Positions 37,701-50,820 of a stretch of DNA of 64,000 nucleotides are shown in pieces. The position numbers were made by a program, and so were the translations under genes. Source of the stretch: Callorhinchus milii (taxonomy: Eukaryota); NCBI RefSeq assembly GCF_018977255.1, contig NW_024704743.1, positions 37,698,001 through 37,762,000 on the forward strand, read 5' to 3'. Below the pieces are notes generated by a model. It made no database searches and was not told where the DNA came from. It saw only the letters and a list, made by a program, of their open reading frames with translations. Every line of letters begins with the position of its first letter. Within the stretch, counting starts at the first letter, position 1.

Positions 37701-39950
37701 TCCGACTGACCAAAATATGTGTTGGTTTCTGTATGTCCAACTTGCAGAGCTCCATCTGCATCTAGACACTGATCAAAATGTGGCTATTTATCATGCCGGG
37801 GAGGCTTCATTTAATGAGCATAAATGCTGCCTTTTTGAAGCAGCTCTAAAGTGTTTGAGCCTGACATTGTGCCATGATCTAGCGATATAAGGTAATTGCG
37901 CTTGGTCATTAACTTGCATGTTCTATGCCATCCCTTGATCCATCATTAGGATTTGATGGTAGAAATATTAATGCAATGCTCGTGAGCTCACACAATTGGA
38001 TTGTGAATCTTGTGAAGAGCCGGTCTTTTTATCCTGCTTGTTAGCCACAACCCAAAATGCAGCTGACAATATAATCTACATACAGTGCTGATAACACGTA
38101 GGCAATTCTCACAATAGAGGGAGATTGTAATTTCTTCCAATCATCAGGGAACTATCAAGGTCTCACTTGTCATCACATCACACCCCAAGCAGCTACTTTT
38201 GTTTTCTTACCAGCTGACATTGTTATCTTGTTTTATAGATTTCTTGTCTTGTATACAACAACATTACATTGAATAGCGCCTTTCACGTCAGGAGGATGTA
38301 TAATTTTGATCAAAAGCTTAGTTGGATCAAAGCTATGTGTGCATTTGCCAGAACATGGTTTGGCCTTTGCGTCTTCCTTTTTAATGCCAATTTTCGCCCC
38401 TCTGGAAGATGTCAATAATAATAATCATAATCCTTGCATTTGATATAGCGCTTTTCACATCTTCTTGACGTCTCAAAGTGCTTCACAGAATAGACTGTAA
38501 AGTGAATTGACCGTATATTTGTGGGCAAAATGCAGCAGCCAATTCAATGGCAAATCAATTCAATGGCAGTCAACTCTTTCTGGGAAATGGTTAGACAACT
38601 ATCCACTGGTGCCTTCCCAAAGTGGCTCTATTGATGTGCAAGTCTGGTCAGTGACTATGGGGGGCAAGGGGTCAAGGGGCACACAGCCATTCCTAATCAT
38701 AGCCACATACACATGCTTTTCCAAACACGGGTCAATGAACAGCAACATGGAAATTTCCCTATGACTGAAAACTGTGGGTATACAGGGAAAAGTAGAGGAT
38801 TGGAATCTCACTTCTTATACTGTATTTGAAAATATACAATGCAGGGTATACTTGGTAATAATGCTAACCGCCCCATAAGATGAAAGCCTCATTTTCAATG
38901 TAAACAAATTGCTGATGGTGGAGTTAAAGGGGCCTCTTTCGTAGAGAAGTACTTGGCAAACTGATCTTTTGGAAACATATACCCCTTGTCTGAAATGCAT
39001 CATAGCTACTTTATGATCCTTCAAAAAAAGAATAATAATTTGATCACTCAATCCACCACTGTTTGTGGGACACTGCTGTACGCAATCGGCTGCTGCGTGT
39101 TGCCCACAAATATACAGTCAATTCACTTTACAGCATATTCTGCAAAGCTCTTTGAGATGTCTCGAAGACGTGATAAGACACTATATCGAATGCAAGGATT
39201 ATTATTATTTTTATTATTTAGGATGTTCCTGACTCCCTGCTCCATAAAGAAAAGGTTTTCCAATCCCTTTTTTCGCAAAGACAGATTCCCCCAATAACAC
39301 AATTCTGCATTCTGTTTTGCAAGGTTTGTCGTTTATGTAGTAAAGGGTTGAACACGTCCCAGAATAGCTCTGGAATCAGAGTGAGTGCAATTTTTATTTC
39401 CCTCACGAGACTGAATCACATTTCGGTTTGCCAATACCTCACTGAAATCATCGGTCTTGTTTATGTGGATGTTAAATTCTTCTCCCTGAAACAAGCATGT
39501 AATCCCCTAAACAATGGCTAGTAATGCAATTTAATTTAGAATGGTATAAAAAAGCATGGCATTCTGTGGTTTGAAAAGCCAGCAATCAGCAAGAAAATGT
39601 CACTAAGGACTTCCACGATTTGAAATTTGGTTAATCTTTTTGGGTGCCTGAGGTATACAACAAATTAAACCATATACACAAAGGCACAATACAAATACCT
39701 TAAACTACACTGCCCTTCATCCATTAAATTACTATCATAAAGAACAGCAATTTGCATTTGTGTAGCACAGAGCAGCATTTCAGAACATTTAAAAACTTCC
39801 TTTAGTGATGCTTCAGTCTCAAAAATAAACATTCAGTGGTGAAAATGGAATTTTTAATACCAGGGATCATATTGAATCTGCTCAATAACAATATTTCAGT
39901 TGATAATTCTCAATTGATTTGAAGTCAGAACATCGCTCAGGCTTCAGCAC

Positions 39951-40240
39951 AATAATAATAATAATTCTTGCATTTGATATAGCGCTTTTAACATCTTCTA
40001 GACGTCTCAAAGCGCTTCACAGAATATATTGTAAAGTGATTTGACTGTATATTTGTGGGCGAAACGCGGCAGCCAATTGCATTCAGCAATGCCCCACAAA
40101 CAGTTCTGGATTGAGTGACCAAATTGTTATTGTCTTTTTTCTTGAGGGATTATTATCAGGCGTGTGGAGTAAGGAAACTTGCCCAAGGTTTCGCCCTGCC
40201 AGGAATCGAACACAGGTTTCTCGCTTGCAAGGCGAGTGCA
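39951..40240 (-). mobile_element. tRNA-SINE, short form
   Basis: Reverse-complement match to 28726-29060. Confidence 0.9.
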
Positions 40241-40369
40241 TTTAAATATAAAATATAAAATATTTGATTAATTAAGTGAAGGCAAGGGAAGAGGGGATAG
40301 TTGGCAAGGGTGGTGAAGGAAGCAGAGATGATTGAGTAGATCGAATGTATATTCTCTACTTGGAGGGAC

Positions 40370-41110
40370 ATATTAGGCATAGGTTGGCAGGAGTCAAGCA
40401 TGGGGACCCCTGAGTATGTGGGTGTGTGCGTATTTGGATACTGCTGGGGTCTAACCAGCTAAAACCTCATAACTGCAATTAAGAGTAAAATCTGCCAAGC
40501 TTCCCCTACTTGTCCAGCTAGGACCAACCACATATGATATAACACATCTCGAATGCATTCAATTATGTTACATAAACCTTATGGACCAGAAGCAGATAAA
40601 GAACCTGTATGATTATTTATTAGTTTGTTTATTCATTTGTTTGTTTACTCATTTATTTATTCATTTAATTATGAATTTGTGTCTTACACATGCGGAAACC
40701 CATTACTATGTTTAAGAGTATCCAAACTTAACTGAGATTTCCATGCATCCCACCTACACATGAAAATTTCTGAGATAGGTTATTGGAATGGAATGCGCAC
40801 TCTCTCCCTGGAAGGATGCATCCTGCTTATCTATTTCCAGAAAATATTAGGCTCAGGTTGGCAAGAACCAAAGCTTATGGACCGCAGAGTGTTTGCTGGA
40901 GTCTGACCAGCTAATATTGCACAGTTTGCCGTTGATATCGCTCTCTGTCAAGCTTTCCCACTACTTGTCCAGCTAGGGCCACCCTACCTGTTAGAGCTTT
41001 AATTTACAGGATTAACAGGAGCTGAGTGGGATGATTCCCTGCCTCCGTGACTGTTCTGCCCTTCCAGATCCTGCTGATGAGGTGGGCTGGCTATGCTGTC
41101 GTCAGCACTG
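40370..41110 (-). repeat. Family X copies (about 40370-40530 and 40680-41110)
   Basis: cttgtccagctagg, ggagctgagtgggatga and gttctgcccttccagatc are reverse complements of family X blocks. Confidence 0.8.
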
Positions 41111-43055
41111 ATAATTATTATGCCAAACCTGTCAGAGTCTTTGGATATATATTTAAGAGTATCCGACAGAGTCTCTGCAGTTCAGGTAGCAATATTGTTA
41201 GCTGAGTATAGATAGATAGAGCTATCTGTGTTCTAAATATTTTAAATGGTGTTAATAAGCCAATTCCATTGCATAAAAGAAACCACTTGATTAGCATCAT
41301 TTATTATTTACAGAGCACTTAATTAATGAACTCTACATCAGCTGAAATGTTCCTGCTTCTTTGGCTACCACTATACACATACTCTGTTCCTCTCTGGACT
41401 ACAGTCAAGTTGCACGAGCAGTCTCATCTTTACCATGAGGTAACAAATTATACTTTATGCAACCAGAGTGGCAATTATATTTGAGTATGATATGCTTTTC
41501 AGTTCCATTTTCTGGTCATAAAGCCCATATGTGATGAAGACATGTTGTTATCCAGAAGTCTAGGTCAATCAATACATCACACCACATAGTGCTGGTGTGT
41601 CTCTCTACAGAGTTCCCTTAAGTTAAATAGCTTGCATATATCTTTACCCCTGGATGTTAATAAACATTTTTATAATGCAAAATAGCTAAAGAATTCTTTT
41701 TAACACAAGAACTTATCAAAACCACTCATGAGACAAGGAAATGGCCTAATTTACACCAGTCAATTAAAATGGAGAGGAGAATGGTTTAAGGCCTGTGTTC
41801 ATGAAGTGTGGTGTTTGCTAGATTATAAAGTCTCACTTTTATCTGCTTCTCATGTCTTTGCTTTTGTACTGGGGAATCAAATAATTGTTTCCATTTTAAT
41901 TTCTGAGTAGAGTATCCAGTGTCTCAGAAAAGGCTAAACGACAAAAATGTAGGCAACATAAAGACATGCCTCATGTAGCCCTCCCTAAAAAAAATTGCAC
42001 TGTCTCTTAGATGTATATTTGCAGGATTTTCTTTATTTACAGACTTAAAACATGATGTAACATTATTATTTTTCCACCTATTTCCTTTCCTTTCAATCAA
42101 CATACCAAAGTGTATAAATACCATTTATATAGGGCTCTTCACGCTGTGGGGTAGCGTCTCAGAGCGCTTATATCAAAGGTCATTGTCCGCCATGACATTT
42201 GTGACAGTCTTACTTAAGTGAAAGGAACTTTCATAAATGCAAGTTTGCCTCGATGGTCGTGCGTCAGCTTGACATATATAGAGTTCCCTGCAGGAGTCCA
42301 CTTCATGTCCTGAGGGAATTTTCTGATGTCAGGGTGACAGTCACACTTTCAAGAGGAGCGGTTTCTCAACAACGTTGTGATAAGTTGGGTTTTAATGCAG
42401 TGAGCAAGCAGGCAGGAGGAAGAGAATACTTGCAGCTTGAAAGACGAGGAAGAAGTTCAGAGGAATAATGATTAAAATGGTAATGATCAAAACAGGCGGC
42501 CAAGAAATATTGAGATGGAAAGAGAGAGTTGTGACGTGCTGGGAGGTGACTACCATCGCCCAAAAGCGATGATAGTCCTTTGATATTTTGGCTAAATGGC
42601 CATTCTGTGAGTCCAGACAATGAATGTTGACTAGTTATTCAATCCTGGGGGCATCACAGTTGAGCCCAATTCTGCCCTGACATGACATTCACCATATCAT
42701 GAACTCCACCTCCCATTCAATTTCTTGAAAGTTCTCCACAGACACAACTGACCCCTAAAAACAATCAGATAAAAACGCTTCCATCCATTACTTCATCTTC
42801 ACCATTGAACCTGGCCTCTTTTTCATAAATAACTCCCCTCCCATGCATAACCCTGTCCCATGACCACAGCAGCACATCAACTATTATTGCCTCCGAGGAT
42901 TATTTGGACAGCTCCTTCTATAGTTATCCTGCATGTCCACGCGCAACCATATATTTATTTGACTTGTTTTAAAACGTTAACAGGCTAAATTTTGAGTTTA
43001 ATTAGCAATACTTCTACTCTTGATACTATCAGAAAATTTGTTAAACAGTAGACCG

Positions 43056-43418
43056 ATAATGATAGTCCTTGTATTTGATGTAGCGCCTTATCAAGTCTTT
43101 GAGACGTCTGAAAGCGCTTCACAGAATAGACTGTAAAGTGAATTGACTGTATATTTTGTGGGCGAAATGCGGCAGCCAATTGCGCACAGCAGTGTCCCAC
43201 AAACAGTCGTGGATTGAGTGACCAATTTTTTTTTTGAAGGACTTATTACCCCCCGGAAAAGCAATAATCAATTCGACTAACAACTGGGTTACTGCTGACT
43301 GCTAGGTAAACAGAGGCGTGTGGATTAAGGAAACTTGCCCAACATTTTCCCCCTTGCCGGGAATCAAACTCATCATTTGTGCAGCAAGTGCTCTAACCAC
43401 TGAGCTATAGGACTCCAC
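43056..43418 (-). mobile_element. Full-length tRNA-SINE, long form
   Basis: Reverse-complement match to 25589-25961. Confidence 0.9.
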
Positions 43419-43609
43419 GTATATTTTTAAGGTGACTGGAACGAGATCACTGAAAGATATTTTGATCTTTGCATAGTTAATTACTGTTGGCATTTTGACT
43501 GAGATCAGCTACATGTTGAAAGTGGCAGGTGGTTAGTTGTATCCTATGGCGTTATTCATTCCTGCATGGAGATGGTGATCCTTTTATTTCAACTTTAGGT
43601 AGATTTCCC

Positions 43610-44065
43610 AAGAAGGATATTGTAGCACGTATAGAATGTGCAGTATAGATTGTTACTAGGGATGAGTAGTCACAGGAGTCAATGAAGATTGGACAGGTTA
43701 GAGATTTTCTTTCTGGAGATAAGGCAAGAGGGGACTTGATAGGTGTTTAAAATTATAAAAAGATTCAATAATGTGAACATTAGACTGTTTCTGCTTGTTA
43801 GTGGTTGCTGGTTGCATATCTAAAAGGGAGTTTAGGAGGAACTTATTTCACAGAAAGTGGTGAGAAATAGAACTCACTACTGGAAACTGGTTGAAACAAA
43901 AAGCACCAAGGTATCTAAGAGGAAACATGATGTCAACATTAGAAAGAATGGAATAGAGGAATCTGGCAAAGGGGATTGAGAGGTCTCAGATTCATGTGGA
44001 GTATAAAAACTCACCAGGGCTAGTTAGGCCAAATGGCTTGTTTTTGTGTTGTAACGTTTAAGATA
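43610..44065 (+). mobile_element. Degenerate CR1 3' fragment
   Basis: gagggggacttgataggtgtttaaaattat...ttatttcacagaaagtggtgaga...ggccaaatggcttgtttttgtgttgtaa. Confidence 0.75.
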
Positions 44066-45539
44066 ATTCTAATATAGCTCTGTGCTCTGCTCCAAGTTTG
44101 ATTCAGCCCAAACCTCAAACAATTATACTTACAGCATCTGAGTGATATTTTTCCATTCCCCACATCAGCCACCCAAGTGAGATTGGCAGTTTAGTGGTAA
44201 TTAGTAGTACATTAGATTGTGTGCTGTGGGACCATAACTAGTAAAAGCTGTATAAACAGATATCATGTAAGCCACTTACAGCCAGCAGGGACAGTTGTAA
44301 TTAGGTTGGCTACCTGGATCCAACCATATGTTTTGCGAGCTGCCTTTTTGTAAGGGATGAAATATTCCCTCAATCCCCTATTCCTACATCAACCTCATCC
44401 TTCACCTCCTCAACTCTGTCTACCCTTACCAAAGCTTCTATCCTCACTGCTCTACAATATTGTATACAGTACATGTGAATCTGATCATCTAATGATACGT
44501 GTAAAATAGAGTGAATGCACATAACAAGGAGGATGCGGGCAAGAGTGACTGAGGGTAACAACTGTGTGCATAAGGATCAAATGGGCAAATATCCAAAGGA
44601 AGAGGGGTTTGGCTAACATAACTGAGGGTAAAAGGACATCAAGGGCAAAAGGGAAGTGATCATTGCCCAGCTGCTCGCTGTGCTTCCATTCCCCTGCCCG
44701 CCTCCATGAGGCTCACAGCAGATGCCAACAATACCTGAGTCGTATCAATGAAACAAATCCTCAGTGCCTAACCTGCTTCATCAGGTATCATTCTATTCTG
44801 ATTTTCATTTTTACATGTTAAAATGCATTAAAATACTTTAGAATCTGCAGATCACCAATTTTTCAAGCAAACATCTACTACAAACAGAACACAGTAATAA
44901 CAATGCTTCCAATGCTATCTTCCTTACAGCGTTAGTGCAGGTGGTTCATTTGTGAATGTTTTTCTCTATAGAAGTTGCACTGCAGAAAGCAGGTCAGCTT
45001 TGAGAAACAGCCTCTTATTTCATTGCAGGATTTACTGGAATGATTTGCAGAGATTAGCAGTTTACTGCTTATATAATTTTAACTAAATAAAATGATTTAT
45101 GCACCACATAAATAATTGTAAACATTAATTCAAAGCTTTATACTTAGGTGATAAAGGAGCACATTAGGTCAGTGATTATTTATGATTTTGTTTGTTCAAA
45201 ATGTTAACATAGCTTCTGTGTGTTGTTGATGGATATTATTGGTCTATTCAGCTATTTGTTAGAATGGAAGAAAGCAGGCAGCACTGAACTGATATCAACT
45301 CCACACCATTCCTATAGTGGTGGATTATCTGATAGAAATCAAATTGCCATAGTAAAATCTGAAATGAGGGGAACAAATTACGGTACTTATTTTTCTCCCA
45401 TTTTTTCTCCTATTTTTAACCCTACAAAAAGATCCTTGATTCTTTTTTTCCTTCCACAGGAGTAGTTTTAATAAATCGCCCGAGGGGCCATTATTCATAT
45501 CTGAGCTTTGGCAGGCTATTGGATTGTGTGGGAGGCAAT

Positions 45540-45770
45540 GCAGCTGAGTCAGATGCTGGCCACACATGTACCTACCAGCAGGAGTTTCTGGATAGTGCTC
45601 AGGAGCTGGGACGCTGGCTGTATTTCCTCTCTCGAACCCAGGGATCATTGAGGCCAATTGTACTATCCCAGCTCTTATCCTGGCTGATATCAGAGAATTT
45701 AGATTAGTATTTGAACCTGCGACTCTAGTATAATATTGGACTTGCTTTAACCATTCGGTGTTTGCGGTAG
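45540..45770 (-). mobile_element. Old SINE family (possibly AmnSINE2-like); related fragments at about 14400, 21930, 23660, 26000 and 42560
   Basis: Recurrent blocks (ctgatatcagcc...caattggcctc...atccag.gacccctg.tggaaag) at several loci; the family name is from memory only. Confidence 0.45.
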
Positions 45771-45892
45771 CTATTGGACAGGGAATTAGCATCATATGGC
45801 GTACTGATTTATGGGCATACTTACAAGGAATTAAACTGGTTGGTCAGGTCAAATAGAAATCTGGAAAGGAAACACATGTTTGATTATAAATA

Positions 45893-45990
45893 AAAACAGA
45901 AGTCGCTGGGAAACACGCTCCAGGTCAGGTATCATCTATGGAGAGAGGAATATTAATTAACGTTTCAGGTCTATGACCTTTCATTAAAAC
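45893..45990 (-). mobile_element. Penelope-like terminal-repeat fragment
   Basis: aaacagaagtcgctgggaaacac...cgtttcaggtctatgacctttcatt, homologous to 6258-6350. Confidence 0.7.
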
Positions 45991-46003
45991 ATGTTTTATT
46001 TAC

Positions 46004-46270
46004 ACCTGGGTTCAATTCCAGGCAGTGCGAAACCTTGAGCAAGTTTCCTTACTCCACACGCCTAATAATAATCTCTCCAAAAACACAAAACAAAAAAAAT
46101 TGGTTATTTTCAACCCACACTGTTTGTGGGAAACTGCTGCACGCAATTGACTGCCGCGTTTCGCCCACAAATATACAGTCAATTCACTTTACATCATATT
46201 CTGTGAAGCGCTTTGAGACATCTAGAAGATGTGAAAAGCACTATATCAAATGCAAGGATTATTATTATTA
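46004..46270 (+). mobile_element. tRNA-SINE, short form, 5'-truncated
   Basis: From the B box onward it matches 28726-29060. Confidence 0.9.
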
Positions 46271-46577
46271 ATTGTTTGCAAAGGGACATTAGATTTATTT
46301 TCCACCTTGTTAAGAATCTTTTTTGCTGTATGCAATTTTAGGTCCCAAATTAGACATTAAAAGAAGAATTCTGTGCATGGTTGGTGGGAATTGTCTTTTA
46401 TCCTCCCAATTTGGGCTGATTCAAGGCCAAGTCCCTGAGAGGAACGACTGGTAAAATAATCCTCTGCATTTATCTATATTTATATTTTCTGCCCCATGGC
46501 CTTGTTTTGGATTCATGGGTGAAAAATGACTCCTTCATAAGGTGGAAAATAAATCTAATGAGCCTTTGCAAACAATT
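46270..46577. repeat. Inverted-repeat-bounded segment (MITE-like)
   Basis: 39 bp arms at 46270-46308 and 46539-46577, 37/39 complementary. Confidence 0.75.
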
Positions 46578-47739
46578 TCTGGGAACAGTCCCCAGATGAG
46601 GTATTCTGTCCCTGACTAAATTTGTCCAGTCGTAAGTTCAGCAACAAACTGAGCAAAAACAATAAAAGTCTAAAACAGGTGCACTTATCAGAGCTAAATA
46701 CAACCATTAATCAAACAAGTTTCTCCAGTACTTCCAGCATCAGGAATTGTGGTGAGTTCAATATTTTTATATGTGTGTGTCCAGATTTGGTTTATAAAAT
46801 ATGGTCACCCTATTCCTTAGGGAAGTACTGCCTAAAAATATTAAGTGCCAAATACTGTACGATCCAGGTAAATGAATTGTGTGATTTTTATCCACAAAAT
46901 ATACAATCAATTCACTTTACAGTATGTTCTGTGAAACACTTTGAGACATCTAGAAGATGTGATAAGGTGCTATATCAAATGAAATGATTATTATCATAGA
47001 GGTTGATGTGTAATTGCTGAATTCAGAGGGAGGTGCAGAATGCAGGACAGAATTCAATGTACGCAAGTTTGTCTGACAAAAATCAGCTGCTTTGTCTGGA
47101 TTTCATTAAAGCCCATTAATTTAGGATCCGTCAGTGCTCCTGCCATCACCTTCTTGCCACACATGTGCGCAAATGGCACACTGACATTTGCATTGCCTTT
47201 CCACTTATTTTTCTATCATTCTCACCAAAACAGAACATGAGGCTTTCACAGAGTTAGCGACTTCTACTGAGCAAGTCACTGGCCACGTCATCAGAAGCCA
47301 AGGCGTTGCTGACAGTTCTGTTTTTCTTTCATTCCGTCAATTTGGGTTGGATTCAAACCAAGTCCCCAGAGGTGAATGAGTAGCAAGGTAACCCACAGTA
47401 TTGATTCATATTAATTTCCTCCCCTGCAGCATTTCTTGTTTTGAACTAATTAGTGCAGAACAGTCTAAAGATATTTTAAAGATCACCTCTTCGTGAGGCA
47501 TTTCTCTCCTCTTCACTTCTTTCAGTTTGCAAGGCACTCGATGTGGCAGCACAGATAGATAAGGCTGTAAAACAGGCAAGCAGGATCCTTAGTTTTATAT
47601 CCCGAAGCATAGAATACAAAATTGATGGGTCAGTGTTGACCTTTTAGAGATCTTTAACGACATGAAAGGTGCTATAGAAATATAATTTGTTGTTGTTATT
47701 GTAGGATGGAAAAGCAATAGAAAAGTACATTAAACAAAA

Positions 47740-47945
47740 TGTAAAATACTCCAGATGCTGGAAATCTGAAACAAAAACAGAAGTCGCCGGGAACACTCAG
47801 CAGTTCAGGCAGCATCTATGGGGAAAGGAAAGTGAGTAAACATTTCGGGTCCACGACCCTTTGTCAGAACTGGGGCATGTTGGGAGGGAGGGGCTTTTAA
47901 GCGCTGACAGAGAGGGTGGGGGGGAGAGATAGGGCAAGGAAGACA
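47740..47945 (-). mobile_element. Penelope-like terminal-repeat fragment with a decayed hammerhead core
   Basis: Minus strand reads cagtt-ctgacaa-agggtc-gtg-gaccc-gaaatgtt-tactc, followed by the same downstream sequence as 6382-6480. Confidence 0.75.
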
Positions 47946-49269
47946 AGCCAATCTCGTGATTTTGTGAAAGTATTATCAGTTAGTTAGAGTGGATTTCCTC
48001 ATTCTGCCATTTGCATTTCTTCCACAAATTGCACTTGGCTGGATTTGAACCAAGATATAAACAGACAAGATCTTTCTGACATATTTTCTATGTCAGTGTC
48101 TTACCACTGGATCAGACACGGCCATCGCCAACAATACTTTCACTCACTACCAAATATCTGCCAAATATACAATCAATTCACTTTACAGTAGTCTGTGAAG
48201 GGCTTTGAGACGTCTTGAAGACGTGATAAGGCACTGTATCAAATGCAAGAATTATTATTAGCTGCTGTTTTTCAAAGTGATTGACAGCACAGTCATGCCT
48301 CAGTGGTAAGGGTGGGGGTGCAGGGGGAAGACGACCAAAAGCACGGTCAAAGAAGTAGGTCCTTCTCAAGACCTTTCTCTTTGACGGTGCCTTCAGTCAC
48401 TCTCCTATCCCCACCCTCCCTGCTTTCCATCACTCCTGATTCCAACCCCCAGCTCGGGTGCAAATGTTTGATTATCCAGCACTTCGGACAATCCTGATGT
48501 GAAAGAACCTATACAAATATAATCTGTTGTTATGGCAGCTAATTCTCTGAATTTGGAAAATTGGAAAGAAAAGGAATTGGATATATCCACACATCCGATT
48601 TTGTAACATTGGGAGCTTATTATATTTTCCAGGGAATCTGAGTTCAAGCAGTGAGAACCCTTTATTCTGATGATGATAAAGCAATGTATGTTGTGCTGGT
48701 GTAGCTGCGGCCTCTAGCTCTTTAATGAAAATACACTGACCTTTCTCTCAGCCTCCAATCCATCAGCTGTTAAAACATGGTAAATTCTGTGCCAAAAGCT
48801 GGGTTGATATGAACAGATTTCACTAGTTAGCACATGACTGACAGTCCTTCACAGAATTCATTTGTGCAGTGTTTAGCTGAGGGCAGTGAGTGAGTTCTTG
48901 TATTATTAAGTGAATATTTCATCTGTAAGATTAACAGAATGACTGAATCATTCAACTGAACACATTAGGTTCCAGGAGAATCATTTATTTGCTTCAAACT
49001 TTTAATGGGATCTGTGTGTTGTTTTTATCCCCCCACCCGGGCAAAATCTACAAGGAAACAAAAAGTAATGTGGAATGGGGTCACATAAAAAGACTGTCAG
49101 CAATATAACTGATAGTAGAATTAGTGCAAGGAAAGAGAACCATAGCAAGTGAGATCTATAAATATTTTAGCTTTGTTAGGTTAGGAGTAGACAGCAAGTC
49201 ACGGTATCATCCTCCCACTCTGTAAAGCTGGCAAAGATGCAAGAGAAATTCACATGATTTCTTCCCGGT

Positions 49270-50370
49270 CACACTTTGTTCCTTGATGATCTTCTGTTAC
49301 TTGCTCCTCCCTGCCTCTGTGACTTGCTCCCTCCACTCTTCGGACTCTGGCCTGCTCCACACTCCACTCCCTGCTCGCCCCATCATCGGTGGTCAGGCCT
49401 TCACCTTTCTGCCCCCACCTCAGAAACTCCATGCCACAGTTCTTTCACCTCGCTCTCTCCCTTGCCTCCTTTAAGGCCATCTCAAGAACTTCCTCTTCGA
49501 CCACACTTTCAGTCACCCTCCTACTCCCTGCCCTCCACCCCTACCGATTCCCAATCCCCATCTCGGATCCAAATCCATGACTATCCAGCACCTTGGGAAT
49601 CTTCTCTCCTCAGGTGCTGACAATATCACTGTTCATGGTTGCGCTCTACACCAATACGAAACCTCGGTGTCCTGTTCGACCCTCAACTATCCTTCAAACC
49701 CCACATTTGTGCTATGACCCATTCATCCTTTCCCCACCTCCGCAACATTGCTCACCTCTGCCACTGTCTCTCACCACAAGCCGCTGAAACTCTTATAATA
49801 ATAATAATAATAATCCTTGCATTTGATATAGCGCTTTTCACGTCAGGAGGACGTCCCAAAGCGCTTCACAGAACACACTGTAAAGTGAATCGACTGTATA
49901 TTTGTGGGTGAACGTGGCAGCCAATTCCAGGCTTTCATCATGTCCCAGCTTGACTATGCCAATTACCTGCTTGCTGGACTTCCCAACACTTCCCTCCACA
50001 AGTTACAGATTATTCAGAACTCGTGTTCGTGTCTTCTCCCGCACCAGGCTCCGCAAACCGATCACCCCCATCCTTGCCCAGCTTCACTAGCTCCCCATCC
50101 CTCAGAGAATCAAGTACAAAATCCTTGTTCTCAGCTTCAAAGCCCTCCCTACCTCTGGGTCCTCCTCACCCCATATCAACCTGTTTGCTCCCTCTGCTCA
50201 GCAGACACTCACCTGTTTCAGCTACTTCCCGCCTCACCATTCGCAGTCAGGCATTCAGCATCTCTGCCTCTACACTGTGCAACTCCATCCTGCAATCCTC
50301 CACCTCACTCCTTCTCTTATCTCTTTCAAATCTTGTCTGAAGACCTTCCTATTCAACCGTGCTTGTAGGT
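49270..50370 (+). mobile_element. L2 fragments with a nested minus-strand SINE tail (49795-49925)
   Basis: [16 protein letters not shown]...AAETL, then the SINE, then QAFIMSQLDYANYLLAGLP; the L2 coding remnant resumes after the SINE. Confidence 0.85.
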
Positions 50371-50522
50371 GACAGGCTTGTGAGGTCCAAAATGCTGGTT
50401 GGGCTAATAGTGTGTCATTATCCACCACTTAAAACAATTTACACATGAATCTGGAACCTTTCTTTGGTTAATTACACAATTACAGGCACCTGTGTGTGTT
50501 GAACTGCATGTGTGTGTTGAAC

Positions 50523-50820
50523 CCCTCTCGACTCTCTTCCCCCTCCTCGCTCCCTCCCTTCCCTCCCCTCACCCTGACCATTTCCCCCCTCCTCGCTCCC
50601 TCCCTTCCCTCCCCTCACCCTGACCATTTCCCCCCTCCTCGCTCCCTCCCTTCCCTCCCCTCACCCTGACCATTTCCCCCCTCCTCTCTCCCTCCCTTCC
50701 CTCCCCTCACCCTGACCATTTCCCCCCTGCTCGGGTCATGACCCAACTGTGCAGCGCCTTGGGACGTCCTCCTGACGTGAAAGGCGCTTTATAAATGGAA
50801 TCTTGTTGTTGTTGTTGTTG
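50523..50820 (+). mobile_element. Young L2 3' end with a 4 x 46 bp tandem expansion
   Basis: tgacca recurs at 50575, 50621, 50667 and 50713; stem-loop and (TTG)n tail; TSD tgttgaac (50515-50522 and 50816-50823). Confidence 0.9.

Noticed and set aside
45325..45795. 156 aa minus-strand ORF
   Set aside because: It overlaps an old SINE remnant and shows no protein-family signal.
50540..50730. CRISPR-like array
   Set aside because: Contiguous tandem units without spacers, derived from the L2 3' UTR, in a eukaryotic context.
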